Positions 18,888 to 33,496 of a stretch of 64,000 nucleotides of DNA are shown piece after piece. The notes beneath the pieces are model-generated. The model worked only from the letters and a program-made list of their open reading frames with translations. It had not been told where the DNA came from and did not search any database. Source of the stretch: the human T2T-CHM13v2.0 reference genome, Homo sapiens. The stretch's first letter is position 1, and each line of letters opens with the position of its first letter. The stretch is taken from NCBI RefSeq assembly GCF_009914755.1, contig NC_060936.1; one strand, given 5' to 3'. Both the position numbers and the translations under genes were made by a program.

Positions 18888-19927
18888 TCCAAGTTCTCAA
18901 AAAACATCCACTGAGCAAATAATGTTTTTTAATAAGAAGAATTAAAAGTTCTGGATCAACAAATAGGGTAAAAAATGACACATGTACAGGATTTAGGACA
19001 AATATTAATGATGACAGGAATACAAAAATAAGTAATAGGAAACAGTCTCTGTTGATCATTATGTCATGAAATATAATGAGTCCTATCATAGTCACTCTGA
19101 TGTTTTTAAAAAATCTACATTGGGCAATTTTGTCAGATTAAAAAAACATGTAAAAAGTGTAATAACCATCTTATTAGACCACACATAATCATAAGCTTCA
19201 TATCAATTTGTATAATAATCCACACAGTGATCATTATTATTAAATTATAAAATTAATATCTGGATTTTAAAAAACTTTTATGTATTATATTTTATTGGAG
19301 ACTAATGCGCCTTTCAAATTTCATACATAAGACAAGTTATTGAATTAAAAGGGTTATCAAGAATTATTTTAATTTTGCTTTTTATATGGCATCCACAAAC
19401 TGATCATTTTGCTAACATTGAAAAAGGTTTCTTGGTGAAAATGTATTATATAGAATTATACACTAAATTTTCTACATTAAAATATAGATCTATTTTTGGA
19501 ATAATAAAAGAGCACTTTACTCAAACATTAAAAAGGTATTAAACTTACACTTACAAAATTAAAATCCATTCCCCTAATTATTCTATTAATCATATAATTC
19601 ATTTCCAAGGAATGTTTAAATTTCACCAAACAATTTTCCCCTCCTAATCTCACCCCTTTATTTTCAGTCTTTAACTCCCTAGACTTCTTTTGAACATGCT
19701 GTTAATGATGGTATAGTAAGATGAGTATTTAAAAATGCATTAATATATCCTCCAGCACTGCCAATCTTCCCCCCAAGCAGTTGATGACCCAATGACAAAA
19801 TATGCTTATTAAATCTCAATATCTAAATAGTTTCTTTGCTTTTAAATCTGATGTCTCAAAAGTAAATTACTATTTCTTGTTGAAAAATATTTTTCCTATC
19901 TAATGGCACAAATCATCTGTGAACAAA

Positions 19928-19949
19928 CTCTCTCTCTCTCTCTCTCTCT
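19928..19949. repeat. (CT)n microsatellite
   Basis: About 11 CT units seen directly. Confidence 0.9.
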
Positions 19950-20289
19950 ATTCTTGCTCTTATTATAGCTCTCATTCGCTTAATCTAAGCCACCTCTTTT
20001 TCACATTTCACTGGTCCTTTCAACGTCTGTTAGGATTCTTTCAGAGTCTGTAATACTCATTTCTTTCTACCTAACTTCTAGTTACATAAAAACTGTTACC
20101 AAGAAATGCTTTACCCATTTTTCCAGACAATACAATTTCAGATAATAAAAAAATTATGTTAGATTGTTTCTTAAATTTTCCTTATAGTCTTCATAACTAT
20201 CACATTAAAGTATCACAGAATAAGTCCAATGTCCAGGTTGAAGCCTTTCACTTAATGCCAGGAATTACGATTACAATGCTATAAAAAAG

Positions 20290-20517
20290 ACAGTGCAATA
20301 GTTATGAATATACTATTGGAAGTGAACTGCCAGGGTTCAAGCCCTGGTTCCACCATTGATTAGTTTTGCGACTTTAGGCAAGTTACTTCTTTGCCTCAGT
20401 TTCTTTATCTGTGAAAGGTAACTAATGTAGTACCTATCATTTATTGTGAAAATTAAATAAGGAATAACATTAAAAATGCTTAGAGAATACCTGGTATGTT
20501 AGAAACTTTCAATAAAT
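20290..20517 (+). mobile_element. MIR SINE
   Basis: GGGTTCAAGCCCTGGTTCCACCA...GACTTTAGGCAAGTTACTT...GCCTCAGTTTCTTTATCTGTGAAA core. Confidence 0.8.
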
Positions 20518-20795
20518 CATATCCTGAATAGGAATGCTCAAAATGCTCAAGTCAGGAAAAAAGATAATTAAATTCCAAGGTAATTCTGATCTTCAAAGCT
20601 ATTCAAAATTCTTGTGGCTCAGAAATAGATTGGAGACAATAGGAGAGTCACAGAAACTCATCATTTGAAGGAAGACAATACAATATCTATAATTTCAGCA
20701 AATTTAGGATTGAACGTCTATGGATGTGGATGAAACCTAAATTTATACCCCTTGTTTATTAGTGGTTAAATTAAAACCATTTCCCAAACTTTTAA

Positions 20796-21030
20796 ACCAT
20801 TTCTCATGTGCCCAAAAATACTCTTGTCTCTAATTCTAATGTAATATCACATACATTTCTGTTACATTAGGATTAGAGACAAGTTCTATTTAGAAATAAC
20901 TCCAAAAACAGTTTTTATATTTTCACACTGAAAATCAGTCAGATTTGCTTCAGCCTCAAGTATCGTGTTTTGCAAAATTAAAGGAGCTCTGGCAGTGAGC
21001 TGCACTTTTTGTTTCTAAATGGGAAATGGG
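20796..21030. mobile_element. MER75B-like piggyBac MITE
   Basis: TTAA target sites at 20792-20795 and 21031-21034. Terminal repeats ACCATTTCTC / GGGAAATGGG. Internal hairpin and GAAAATCAGTCAGATTTGCTTCAGCCTCAA match the recalled consensus. Confidence 0.85.
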
Positions 21031-22208
21031 TTAAAAATTACTAGGGAAAAGCCACCACTTTTGCCTATTCACAATTAAAATATAAAATAGGGTATATAAT
21101 ACAGGGCATAAAGTCCTTTACTCAGATTGGCATTATTTCCTTTTCTATTATTCTGAGCAGCAAAACTCATTATCTCAGTGAATCAAGTTTAATAAAGCAA
21201 TGGAGCATAAATCCCTATGGAAAAATAGAAAGTTTTCTGATAAGATTTCTCCAGAATGCACATAGAACTAAATAATACATTAACCAAATGAATACCTGGC
21301 AGAAACGTAAAGATCAGTAGCATAGCATGGATTATTATGAAGTTATCTCTAAGAGCAAACTTCAAATCAGTGTTATAACTCTTTTTCATAATAATGTTTG
21401 TGATACAACTTAAAGACTGAAATATTTGAGTCTTATATACTTATTTGGTAGCAGCTAAAGTGTAGAATAATAATCTCCACTTCCCTCCCCATCTTTTCTT
21501 ATCACTTCTTGAAAGAAAAAAAAAATACTATTTGCATCAAATTCCAGGACACTTATTGCACAGTGTGTGTGAGTAAGCATATGGGCAAGTGTCATACACA
21601 TGCTGGCATGTGGCTCTGCAACTGAGCAACTTTCTGCCAATGCAGCAGAAGGGAAGAGAAGAGGGTGCCCCCTCAGCACAGGCCAGCCTTCTTGAACTTG
21701 TTCCTGTATTCACAGGAGTGTTCAGGTATCCAGGCACTTTCATCCCTTTGGGGGTTGGTTTCTGGCTTGTACACAATGCAGAGAGAAAAGCATTATTTAG
21801 CTTTAACCTCATGTTTCAGCTCCATTTATCAGTGAGCTATGGATTTGAGTTTAGGACACACATCGACTGAAAAATTAAAAGTAACCTTTGCTTTCCCATT
21901 TATCATTCTCCTTTGATACCCACATATTCAGCCCTTTCAGGGAGCACCTAGAGAGGCAGCAGTCTAGGGCAAAATGGGATTTGAGCATTTCTGGGTCCTT
22001 GGCTTAAGATCATTTTACAAACATCTCATCATCATCCTACGAAGATGACAGTAGAAACAAAATATGCTTAAAAAAGAAAAAAATGAGTTTCCTCTCTTTT
22101 AGTCTTTAATATCTACTTTGATATGCAGAGGACTACAGTGATTGCAGAGCTCTGAACAACTATTTGGTCTGGCAATGACCAGACACAATTCTCGAGTTTT
22201 GTTGTATG

Positions 22209-22246
22209 GTGTGTATATATATATATATATATATATATGTGTATAT
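22209..22246. repeat. (TG)n(TA)n(TG)n compound microsatellite
   Basis: Seen directly, about 12 TA units, roughly 380 nt into the intron after the 42-nt exon. Confidence 0.9.
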
Positions 22247-22628
22247 AGGCAGAGTTGGCTGGTGAATGCAAAGCTTACTTGTGTTCCCTTGAAAAGTATG
22301 GGATATCAATGTCATAAAAATGTTCAGAGAAATTTTGAAATGCAGAAATTTGATACTCACTACAGCTATAAAACTAGACATCTATAATCATCAGATTCAA
22401 GTTGAAAATCTTTACTAAGTTACTGGAAATAAGAAAAACCTCTATTTTCATCTCGAGGTTGGAGAAAATATGCTCATTTTAAAATTTCATGTAAATGCAT
22501 CAGTAACATTTGGAAAAACAAAACAAATATGCCATCTAAAAATTACAATTTAAAAATGTGGTCATTTCAATGTATGTGCCTCTTAAAGTACACCCAGTTC
22601 AAGAGTAAGAAGATAAGAACTGTCTTAC

Positions 22629-22670
22629 CTTCCATCTCGGTCCCAGTCATACACCTCTACTTTGATTGTT
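22629..22670 (-). CDS. CPNE8: Copine-8 coding exon, 42 nt, C2B calcium loop 3: TIKVEVYDWDRDG(S)
   Basis: tttttctcatgtacag|A ACA ATC AAA GTA GAG GTG TAT GAC TGG GAC CGA GAT GGA AG|gtaaga. VYDWD motif. Phase 2 to phase 2. Confidence 0.96.
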
Positions 22671-22985
22671 CTGTACATGAGAAAAACATACACATAAAGT
22701 TACTTAGTAAGATCAAAATAATGTATGGTTGAGAATTTAAAAATAAGTTGTTTTTCTTAGATAAAACAATGTATGCTTGCAGATTTTACATATGAATTTG
22801 AAGTTAATTTTGCTAATTTCATTACTATAATCCAATTCGCATCTTAAAAGAGGCTTCTAAAATCTTCATTGATTCCTTAAAGAGAGTAAGGAGAGTCTAC
22901 AGGGGAAGCATGTGCAGTTTGACAGAGCTCCTCAAAGGGATGGTATGCACCCACTTCTCCGCTCTTGAAAATTACTGTCTTGGAG

Positions 22986-23165
22986 CAGTGTTTCTCAAAC
23001 TCAGCAAAGATCAGAATCATATGGAGCACTTGTCAAAACATGGATTATTGGACCTCTCTCCTGGAGTTTCTGATTAAGCAGGTCTGGATTGGGGCCACAT
23101 AATTTGAATTTCTATGAGATCACCAGGTGATGCTGACTGATGCTGCTAATCAGGAAGAACATTAT
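22986..23165. mobile_element. MER5A-like hAT-Charlie MITE
   Basis: CAGTGTTTCTCAAACT...ATCAGAATCA...GAGTTTCTGATT..GCAGGTCTGG...CCAGGTGATGCTGA. Confidence 0.75.
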
Positions 23166-23893
23166 GACTTTCTTAGGAACTTTTCTAAGAACTTTCTTAG
23201 GAAAAAATGAGTCCAGCAAAATAAAGATATGATCTTATTAAATGAAAAGAATGATAGTCAAGTGGCATGATAAATTTCAAAGAAAACTTAATAATAGTTC
23301 TATGATATGGGTTAATTAAACTATTTTTCTATCATATGTAACAAAATGAAGATTGAGATTTTTACTTTTCATTTGCTTTTCTTTTGGGATGGATGGGGTT
23401 TTTATATTATAATCATACAATAAAGTTTCATAAGAAAAAAACTTTGATATTAAGAAATCTTCAGGTATATTGTGGGAAAATCCTCAGGACCACCTTACCC
23501 AGCTAATTGTGAAACATTAAAATCTCCTGTGCTATAACTATGGAACTTTTGTGAATCAGCAACCATGAGTTATGCCAAATAACATTTTCAAGAGTATTTC
23601 AGGGTTGACAATATGTCTAAGCATAGTGTTGCAACTTTCGTGTTTCTACTTGTTCCACTCTAGAAGGACTGTACCATAGAAAAGGCTTAGGGCAATGAAG
23701 ATTCTGAAATAACTTTTGAATAATAAATTAAAATTTAAAGCAAATATGCAACGTATTTTAGCATTTAAATATTTTCATTTTTGGAAAATAAGTTTAACCA
23801 AATTTTAATTAGCCAACTTATCCCACTTCCTCAAATCACTGTAGATTTTTTTAAAAGTTATTTGAAGATTTTTGAATAAACTATCCTTCTTAC

Positions 23894-23998
23894 CTGTCAT
23901 AGTCTCCATTACATAATGCTCTGACTGAGATCTTGAATGCTTGCCATACTGGATTTAGAGTGTTTTTGACAACTTCTGTCTTGTGACAAATTGTAAAA
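23894..23998 (-). CDS. CPNE8: Copine-8 coding exon, 105 nt, C2B: [34 protein letters not shown](R)
   Basis: ctttctttatag|T TTT ACA ATT TGT CAC AAG...GAC AG|gtaaga. C2 motif [17 protein letters not shown] and QAFKISV fit CPNE8 better than CPNE5 as I recall them. Phase 2 to phase 2. Confidence 0.97.
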
Positions 23999-24299
23999 CT
24001 ATAAAGAAAGAGTTTTCAGTTATTTGCATGCTTTGACTATTTTAATTGATCTATTGTTTTAGTAGCCATTCCTCTGCTTACTTTTTGTTCAGAATAGTCA
24101 GTTCCGCTGTTGCTGCTACATCACTTCATGGAAAGAGATACGTGATTTTAAAACCTGAAAGATCACCTCACCATAACCTACTTTGCAATAAATTTACCAA
24201 AAACAATCTGAAAATTCAATAAATCCTAAAGTTGTTTTGTAAACAATCTCTGTAAAAATTGTGGTGACATGCTGATGGAGTGAAAAATATCCATAGGTC

Positions 24300-25240
<941 letters not shown>

Positions 25241-26117
25241 AGTTTAACATCACGTCATGAATCTATAGAAAGACCATTTAGTGTGTGGGTTCTTTCTTTA
25301 TCTAAACTATTGGTTCTATATATCTAAAGAATTCCTAAGGGAAGAAAGACAGCAATTCACAATATGGGGCAGAATTCATGAAGCCTTAAGCTCGGTTTTC
25401 TGATTCAAATTCCAGTGTCATTTCCACAAAACTATTCAATCTTAAGACATCAATCAGCTCCTGGAAATGTTCTTCCTTCATGTGAATTTATGCAGCAGTT
25501 TCTGAGCTAGAAGCATTCAAAGTGATCTTCACTGAAACAATACATAAAACTTCATCAAGACCTTAGTCATAAAGTGTTTCAAATGCAATTATCTAACAGT
25601 AATGACACATGAAAATATTAATAAATACCATAGTGAATATACTGCCCCTAACCCCCATGATGAAATATCCCCCCTTTGATAAGTCCTCAAGTTCATTTTC
25701 CTACTCTCAAATAAGAGGGATTTGTTTCTATTAAGAGATAAGATAGAAACATAATACTTTATGAAAGGATCAAGTTTTTATTACAAGACTTAACGGCATC
25801 CGTGCCTTCTCCTTCCAGGCAGTATCCTCACTCATCTAAGGAAACTCGTGTCATTAAATTGACAGAGCCCAGGAAAATGTATCTATGGTCAAATGTTCTC
25901 AGAGCTGACTCACCTGAAGCAATTTAGGAGTCAATGGGGGAAAAGGCATTACAAGTAAGACAGAGGGGCAGACAGAGAAGACTCTTGAAGGGTAATGAAG
26001 ATGTCTAAAGCAGAAGAAGAAAATCAAAGTGGATAGGGCAAGTTAGGGGAGGGCTGTAGGGGCTCAGAACACAGAGAAAAGGCAAAGGTACCAAAAAATT
26101 TTTAAGAAAAAGTCATA

Positions 26118-26442
<325 letters not shown>

Positions 26443-26643
26443 TTACAGAGGGAAGGCAGAGCTGTATGTTGGTTTGTTTCAGAAACAATATATTCATTAA
26501 GATACATTCATAAAAATAAAATACATTCTTAAAGATCTGCAAAGGGAATTTCTTCTCTTGTATCATATTCTAATATATAGCAAGTCTTTGGTATGGTGAT
26601 AGATACAGATAGCTAAATAGATGATATCTAGATAGATGACAGG

Positions 26644-26685
26644 AAGAGAGAGAGAGAGAGAGAAAAAGAGAGACAGAGAGAGAGA
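26644..26685. repeat. Interrupted (GA)n repeat
   Basis: Seen directly. Confidence 0.85.
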
Positions 26686-27637
26686 CTAGACTGAGAGACC
26701 AACTGACCATCTTCAGACCAACATGTTCAACTGTCTACTGACTTTTTGGCCTCTTTGCTTATGGTTAAATCAAAATTTCTCTTATATTCCTAGTGTCACC
26801 AGCTGCAGTAATTAAATACTTTTGACACTTGAAACATTTCCTCTGAGGGAAGGCATGTCCTTCTTACTGAGATATTTATGAGGCAGGCAGTCATTTATTG
26901 CCTATTAATCATTCTCATTTCTAATGTATTAGATATCATATATATAGGAAAACCTCACTGGTAAGAATTCCAGTGCTGGTGTAACTCATAAAAATTCTGC
27001 CAGGAGTCCAATGTAGCTTTGCCTAACATTCAGAAATATTTCTATATAAATATAATGTGTGTGTTACAAATAGTATTATAAAAATATATTTTTATTGAAT
27101 AACTGGTATTAAGATACTTTAAGTGAGGCCATTTACCAAAAATAGCTATTCCAAAGGAAAATTATTACCTAATCATATATAAATATCACGCTACTAAATA
27201 AATGTCAAAGCAAGAACATGAGTATAAGATCATAAGTATGAAGGCTTTTAATTAATACTTCCAGTAGAAATTAAGTTTTTGTCTTTCTTACGAAATAAGC
27301 CACAAATACACTAGGTATTAGGCAATTTTTGAAATAGTCCCATATTAAAAAAATATTTAAAATAAAGCTAGAATCTTTGCAGTTAAAAATGGAGACAAAA
27401 AGTGAGGCGTAAAAGCATCTGTATACACTCAAAATACAACAAAGCCTATGTGTGCGTACACATACATAAAATATCTGGATCGAGCTGGCAAACTAGGTTT
27501 CTGTGTGTAAATATAAATGAAAAGTTTTCTGAAATGAGATTCACCAACTTTTAAAAATAGTTTTTTCAAATTAGTTGACATTTTTGGATTAGTTGTATTT
27601 TTCTTAATATTTAGATTTTATTTAATGAGTGAACATC

Positions 27638-27939
<302 letters not shown>

Positions 27940-28577
27940 GTGAACATCATTTTTACAAGCATAATACATTTTTTAATAAAAGTATCACCAGGAGCATTAG
28001 ATGTGTGATAAAGTGAAATTTTACAATTGTACAACTAATCTTTATGAAGAAAACTAATAAGAATAAAAATAGAAAATCCAGGGAGCAAGTAGTTCATAAG
28101 AACATTTTCATTCAAGAAATTCAGAATCATTCTTGAGGTTTTCCTCTATTTTCGAAATGCCTGGCAAATATTATTTTCTTCACTCTGCAACATTTTTCTT
28201 ATGAATAAAATTAGTGTTCAGATGCTATGACACTGACATTTTTACCATCAAAAAGAAGGGAAATACACAAAATCTAATAGTATAACACTATAGCAAATAT
28301 ATCCAACAGTTGCTCAGTAGCTGCATCAACAAACATCTCCCAATAAGTAGACCATCATTTTAAACTGGCCAGTGCATTCACTGTGAATAGCAAACTGTCT
28401 ATATTATGCAACATTTTATACTTATTATATAACAACATATTGTATAGTTTCATATATAAGTGCAGCATTTTTTCCCATTCTATTCCCCTCATTTTTAATT
28501 TCCAAATAACATGTTCTCTTTAGCTGATATATTACACATAGTTAAAAAAACAAAAAAGAAAATATTAACTATACATA

Positions 28578-28800
28578 ATAATAATATTAGCTAATGTTTA
28601 AGTTCTTCTTATGTGTTGGACAAACTTAGTAATTTTTTGTATAGTAACTAATTTAATCTGATCAACAACCCTGTGAGGTAGCTATGATTACTACCCCATT
28701 TTACAGGTGAGGAGAAAACGGAATCTCACATACATTAAAAACTTGCCATAGTACTATAGCTATTAAGTAGCAAGGTTATTATTTAAATCTAGACAACAGA
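28578..28800 (-). mobile_element. MIR SINE
   Basis: AACAACCCTGTGAGGTAG..ATTA..ACCCCATTTTACAGGTGAGG core in reverse orientation. Confidence 0.75.
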
Positions 28801-29415
28801 AATTAGCCATATTATTAACAACTAAACATTCTCACAAATACTAATAGTACAATATGAATCACAAAAAACAAGTCAGATATATTTAATAGCAGAGCCATAC
28901 ATATTAAATTATGGTCTATAACTCATAAGGACATATTCAAAATTTATAGAAACTAGTCTAATCATAACTGGCAAAAGTATTCAAATTACTAGAATATAAT
29001 GAACATTTTTACTGAAAGTTAGTCTCAGATATTATTGGCAAAAAAAACCCACAAGCTCCATATCCTTCTCTAAGAAAATGGTTTTGGTTCAAATCTGTAA
29101 CAAAATATATTTGTTTCAGCATTCAGGTTTTCACAAAATATAATTCTTCTAAACTATTAACTCAATGTTATAATTGTATAACAAATAAAGAGGAAATATT
29201 TCTATGAAACTAGAAATTTTTCATTTTAAGTATCAGACAAAACATAAAATGTTTATAAAGTTGCACAATATTTTGAGATGCAAAAATCATATCAATTTTT
29301 AAAATCTCAAACTATTTTACTTCATTTATCAATTTAATGAGCTTCTCTGAGAAAAATAATTATAATTCAAGTATCATCATTACCATATAGTTGAAATGCA
29401 TAAAAGATAAATCTA

Positions 29416-29520
<105 letters not shown>

Positions 29521-30298
29521 CTAAAAACAAAATTAATAAAACAGTTCAAGATTTGGGCTATAAATAACTAGAAACTGCAGATCAGAAACAAGACTTGACA
29601 AGAAAACATATTTGCTATTTTAATGCAAATGGCCAAGTTTGGGAGAATCCCAGACAACATAAAATTGCTTTTTAAAGGGTTATATGACTTTAAAAATTTT
29701 GCTGGTAATTTTCATTCTAATTACAAAACTATTACTTTTCAAAAACTTTTAACATTTTTCCTTTGAAAAGTGATATTAAGCTAGGTGATGCCAGGTACTC
29801 AATTTTATAATATAGGATCCTCATTCATATCTTCAGTTATACAGGTACACATTTTTAGAACATAGTTAAAAAAATTCCTGTTCATTAAGGAAATATTTAC
29901 TAAATTTTTACTACATATCTAGTATGTATAAAATGTTGAGATGTACTAGATGATTAGATGGGGAATAAGAAAGATAAACATTGACCACATAGTTTATAAT
30001 CTGGAGACAGAAAAGTTCCTACTTTCTTAATCATATACAAGTGTAGTATAATGAATCAGTAACTACATTTAAAAACAATTTTCTTCTGTAACTGAAATTA
30101 CAATTTGCATGTTAATTATTATGTCAAATCGATCATTTAAACCAATTTATGTACTCAAACACTCGCAGCTACATGATTTAAAGGAAAACAAGCTAGGGTA
30201 TCATAACACATTATTGATAACCATTTTTAAAGTAGAAAATGTATTGTTATTTAAAATCAAAATAAATAGTTTTGTGGGGTTTTGTGTGTATGTGTGTT

Positions 30299-30587
<289 letters not shown>

Positions 30588-31934
30588 TTGTGTGTTTTTT
30601 AACTGAACAGGAAAGCTTAAAATGTTGGAAAGAGGTGAAGTGGCAAAGTAACTCAGATTAAACAAAGAGGTTACAATTTTGAATATTATGTGATAAAATG
30701 TTAACAATGTCTGAAAAAGCATTCCCTTATTCATCACTTCTTTATCTTACAGAGTCCAGCAATACTTACTAAGTATACACCTAAACTTTTAATTATTTCC
30801 TTTCAGTAATTCCAGAAGACTACACAAAACATGATGCTACCTTTATCATTCATTCATTCACTCATTTTCTTACTTAGCAAACATTTAGCAAGCAATAGTC
30901 AAGCTAGAATCTTGGAATAGGGTAATGAACAAGGCAGTATCTACCCTTGGAAAGGTCAGATTTCTTAATTTCACATTTTCAAAAGTATTGGTATAGTATT
31001 ATTTGATTTTACTTGTAGCATGTAGCTGTGATAACTTCTATCAGAGGAACATTTATAACAGAGCAGGAAATACATTCTAGCAACGTATAGTGACAATAGA
31101 GGTAAGGACAATATGGACATCACTATCACCTCAAACCTCTCAAGCATATCATGTTCTTTTTAAATTAGAGGTTTAAAGATCAAAAAGTTCTATACTATCT
31201 ATTATAGAAGTAGTGAAATAATCATTCTGGATGATCAAATTATAAAATCAAAGGCAGCATTGAAAAGGCGAGCTGTTTGGTTTAGTTTGTTTATTTTGAA
31301 TGCCCCTTCATTTCCATATATATTTAAATGCCCTTGGGAGAGAATGGCTTTCTAAGAACATGGGGACATTCCAAGGACATTGTTCTTGCAGAAAAACATT
31401 ACACTTTAACACATTTCTCCCAAAGCACCTGGACCAAAATATAAACTTCCAAGAAACATTCTGTATACTTACAATGCATAATAGATAAATGAAATGTGTT
31501 TATTTCAAATAGATTGTGAATAAAACATCAGAGGTGTATTATTATAAAAGCATGAATTTTCATAGGCTCACTGGTAAATGTAATACTAAATTTAATTTTT
31601 CAAATTATATCCCTTAGGGCTTGCAAAATGAATAACTGATTCAAAATAAAGATTTATTTCAATGAAGAAAATTATATAACCTTAGGAAAAATAATGTTCT
31701 TGCAATTACTCAGGTTAACAACTTAGCAGGGATTAAATGGTACATTTGTATTAAGCACAAAATACATCTTGTTTGAGAGGAAAAGTATTTATATACTTTT
31801 AGAAATACACTAGCATCACTGCAAAGTTTTGTTTTGTTTTGCTTTGTTTTTATGCCTTATGCTTAATGTCACCTAATACATTTTTTAAGACCTCTCTTTA
31901 ATACTCCACATATAAGGACCATTCTATTGCATAA

Positions 31935-32900
31935 AGCCACTTGGATGTTTCACAGGCACTTCTAACATATTCCAATCTGAACATCTAACGTCTATCCATA
32001 AACTTGCTTCTCCTATAATTTTCCCAGCTCAGTTAGTGGCATTGTCATTCACTCAAGTGCCCAAAGAAGCCATCCTTGACTCTTCTATTTTCCTGATCCT
32101 TTATCCAGTCCACCACCAGTTGCATCATTTACCTCTAAAATTTTGCTCAAATCTTTACTTTGGCTCTGCTGCCACCACCTCAGTCCAGTTCAATCTTATT
32201 TCTCACCCAGACATGTTCATTGACATTTATTCCTTACTCCCACTTCGACTCTTTGATGTATCCAATCCATTCTCCATTCAGCAGACAGAATAAAAGTCTT
32301 GAAACATGAAAAATTCATGTTGCTCACAACTTAAAATGCTTTAAGGCTTTCCCTTGCATTTAGGAAAAATGCAGAACCTTTAACATGGTCCGCAAAGGCC
32401 AACATCTAATGGGTTCTGACCAGCCTTTTCCACCTTCAACTGGCAATGTTTTAGCTCAATCAACTCCCACTGCTCACCCCTGGCCATCTCACATCGGACC
32501 CACACATGCCTTTCCCACCTCAGGACCTTATACAGCTGTGTCTGCTGGAATTCTTATCCTTGGGCTGGCAAACACTACTCCTTCTTTAGGTCTTAGCTTA
32601 AATGTCACTTTCTCAAAGAGGCCCAGTGATTCCCCCAAGGCTTAATATAAATTAGATCCCTGCTGTACTCTCATAATATATTTGAATCACTTGTCACATA
32701 TCATGACATATATTACCTGCATAGTCAGCCGACTAATGTCTCTCTTTCCCACAAACTATGTGTTCATTAAAAACAAGGACCAGGTTTGGGGGTTGTGGTG
32801 TTGTGTTTTGTACTGTTTTTTTCTTGCCATTCTATTCTAAGCATTCATTCCAAGGACATAATAACATTTTGTAAACACTGTTCAATCAATCAATAAATAA
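31935..32900 (+). mobile_element. L2 3' region
   Basis: L2-type CCACTTGGATGT..CACAGGCAC, CATCCTTGACTCTTCT, CCCACCTCAGGACCTT, AAATGTCACTTTCTCAAAGAGGCC, and an (AATC)/(AATA) tail. Confidence 0.75.
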
Positions 32901-32957
32901 AAACAAAAAATATACTTTATGAAAAATTTCAAGCTACTTTTAAAATACTACATAAAA

Positions 32958-33257
32958 GGCCAGGCATAGCGGCTCATGACTGTAACCCCAGCGCTTTGGG
33001 AGGGCAAGGGGGGCTTGGATCACTTGAGTCTGGGAGTTCAAGACCAGCCTGGACAACACAGTGAGACCACATCTCTATCAAAAAAAAAAAAAAAAATTAG
33101 CCAGGTGTGGCGGTGCCTGCCTATGTTCCCAGCTAGGAGGGAGACTGAGGTGGGAGAATCACTTGAGCCCAGGAGCTCAAAGCCTGCAGTTAGCCAAAAT
33201 TGTGCCACTGCACTTCAGCCTGGGCAATAGAGTGAGACCCCGTATTTAAAAAAAAAA
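32958..33257 (+). mobile_element. AluJ-like, full length
   Basis: GGCCAGGCATAGCGGCTCA...GAATCACTTGAGCCCAGGAG...GAGTGAGACCC plus A tail. Confidence 0.88.
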
Positions 33258-33496
33258 TACTGATTGAAGATACACTCCCAACATAATTTCTAAACTACAT
33301 TAGTTTTTACTGTGGCATTTAATTAAATATAAAATTTGCATTTGAATAAAACTGTATCAAAATAAGTTGAGATAATTAGGATTATTACACTACAAATAAA
33401 TATTTGTATAAATTTATGACCTATACATCCCTTAAATGCTACCATTTCTTTCCTATAGAGTATCCATCTAAAGGAAGAATTAATAATATTCCCATT

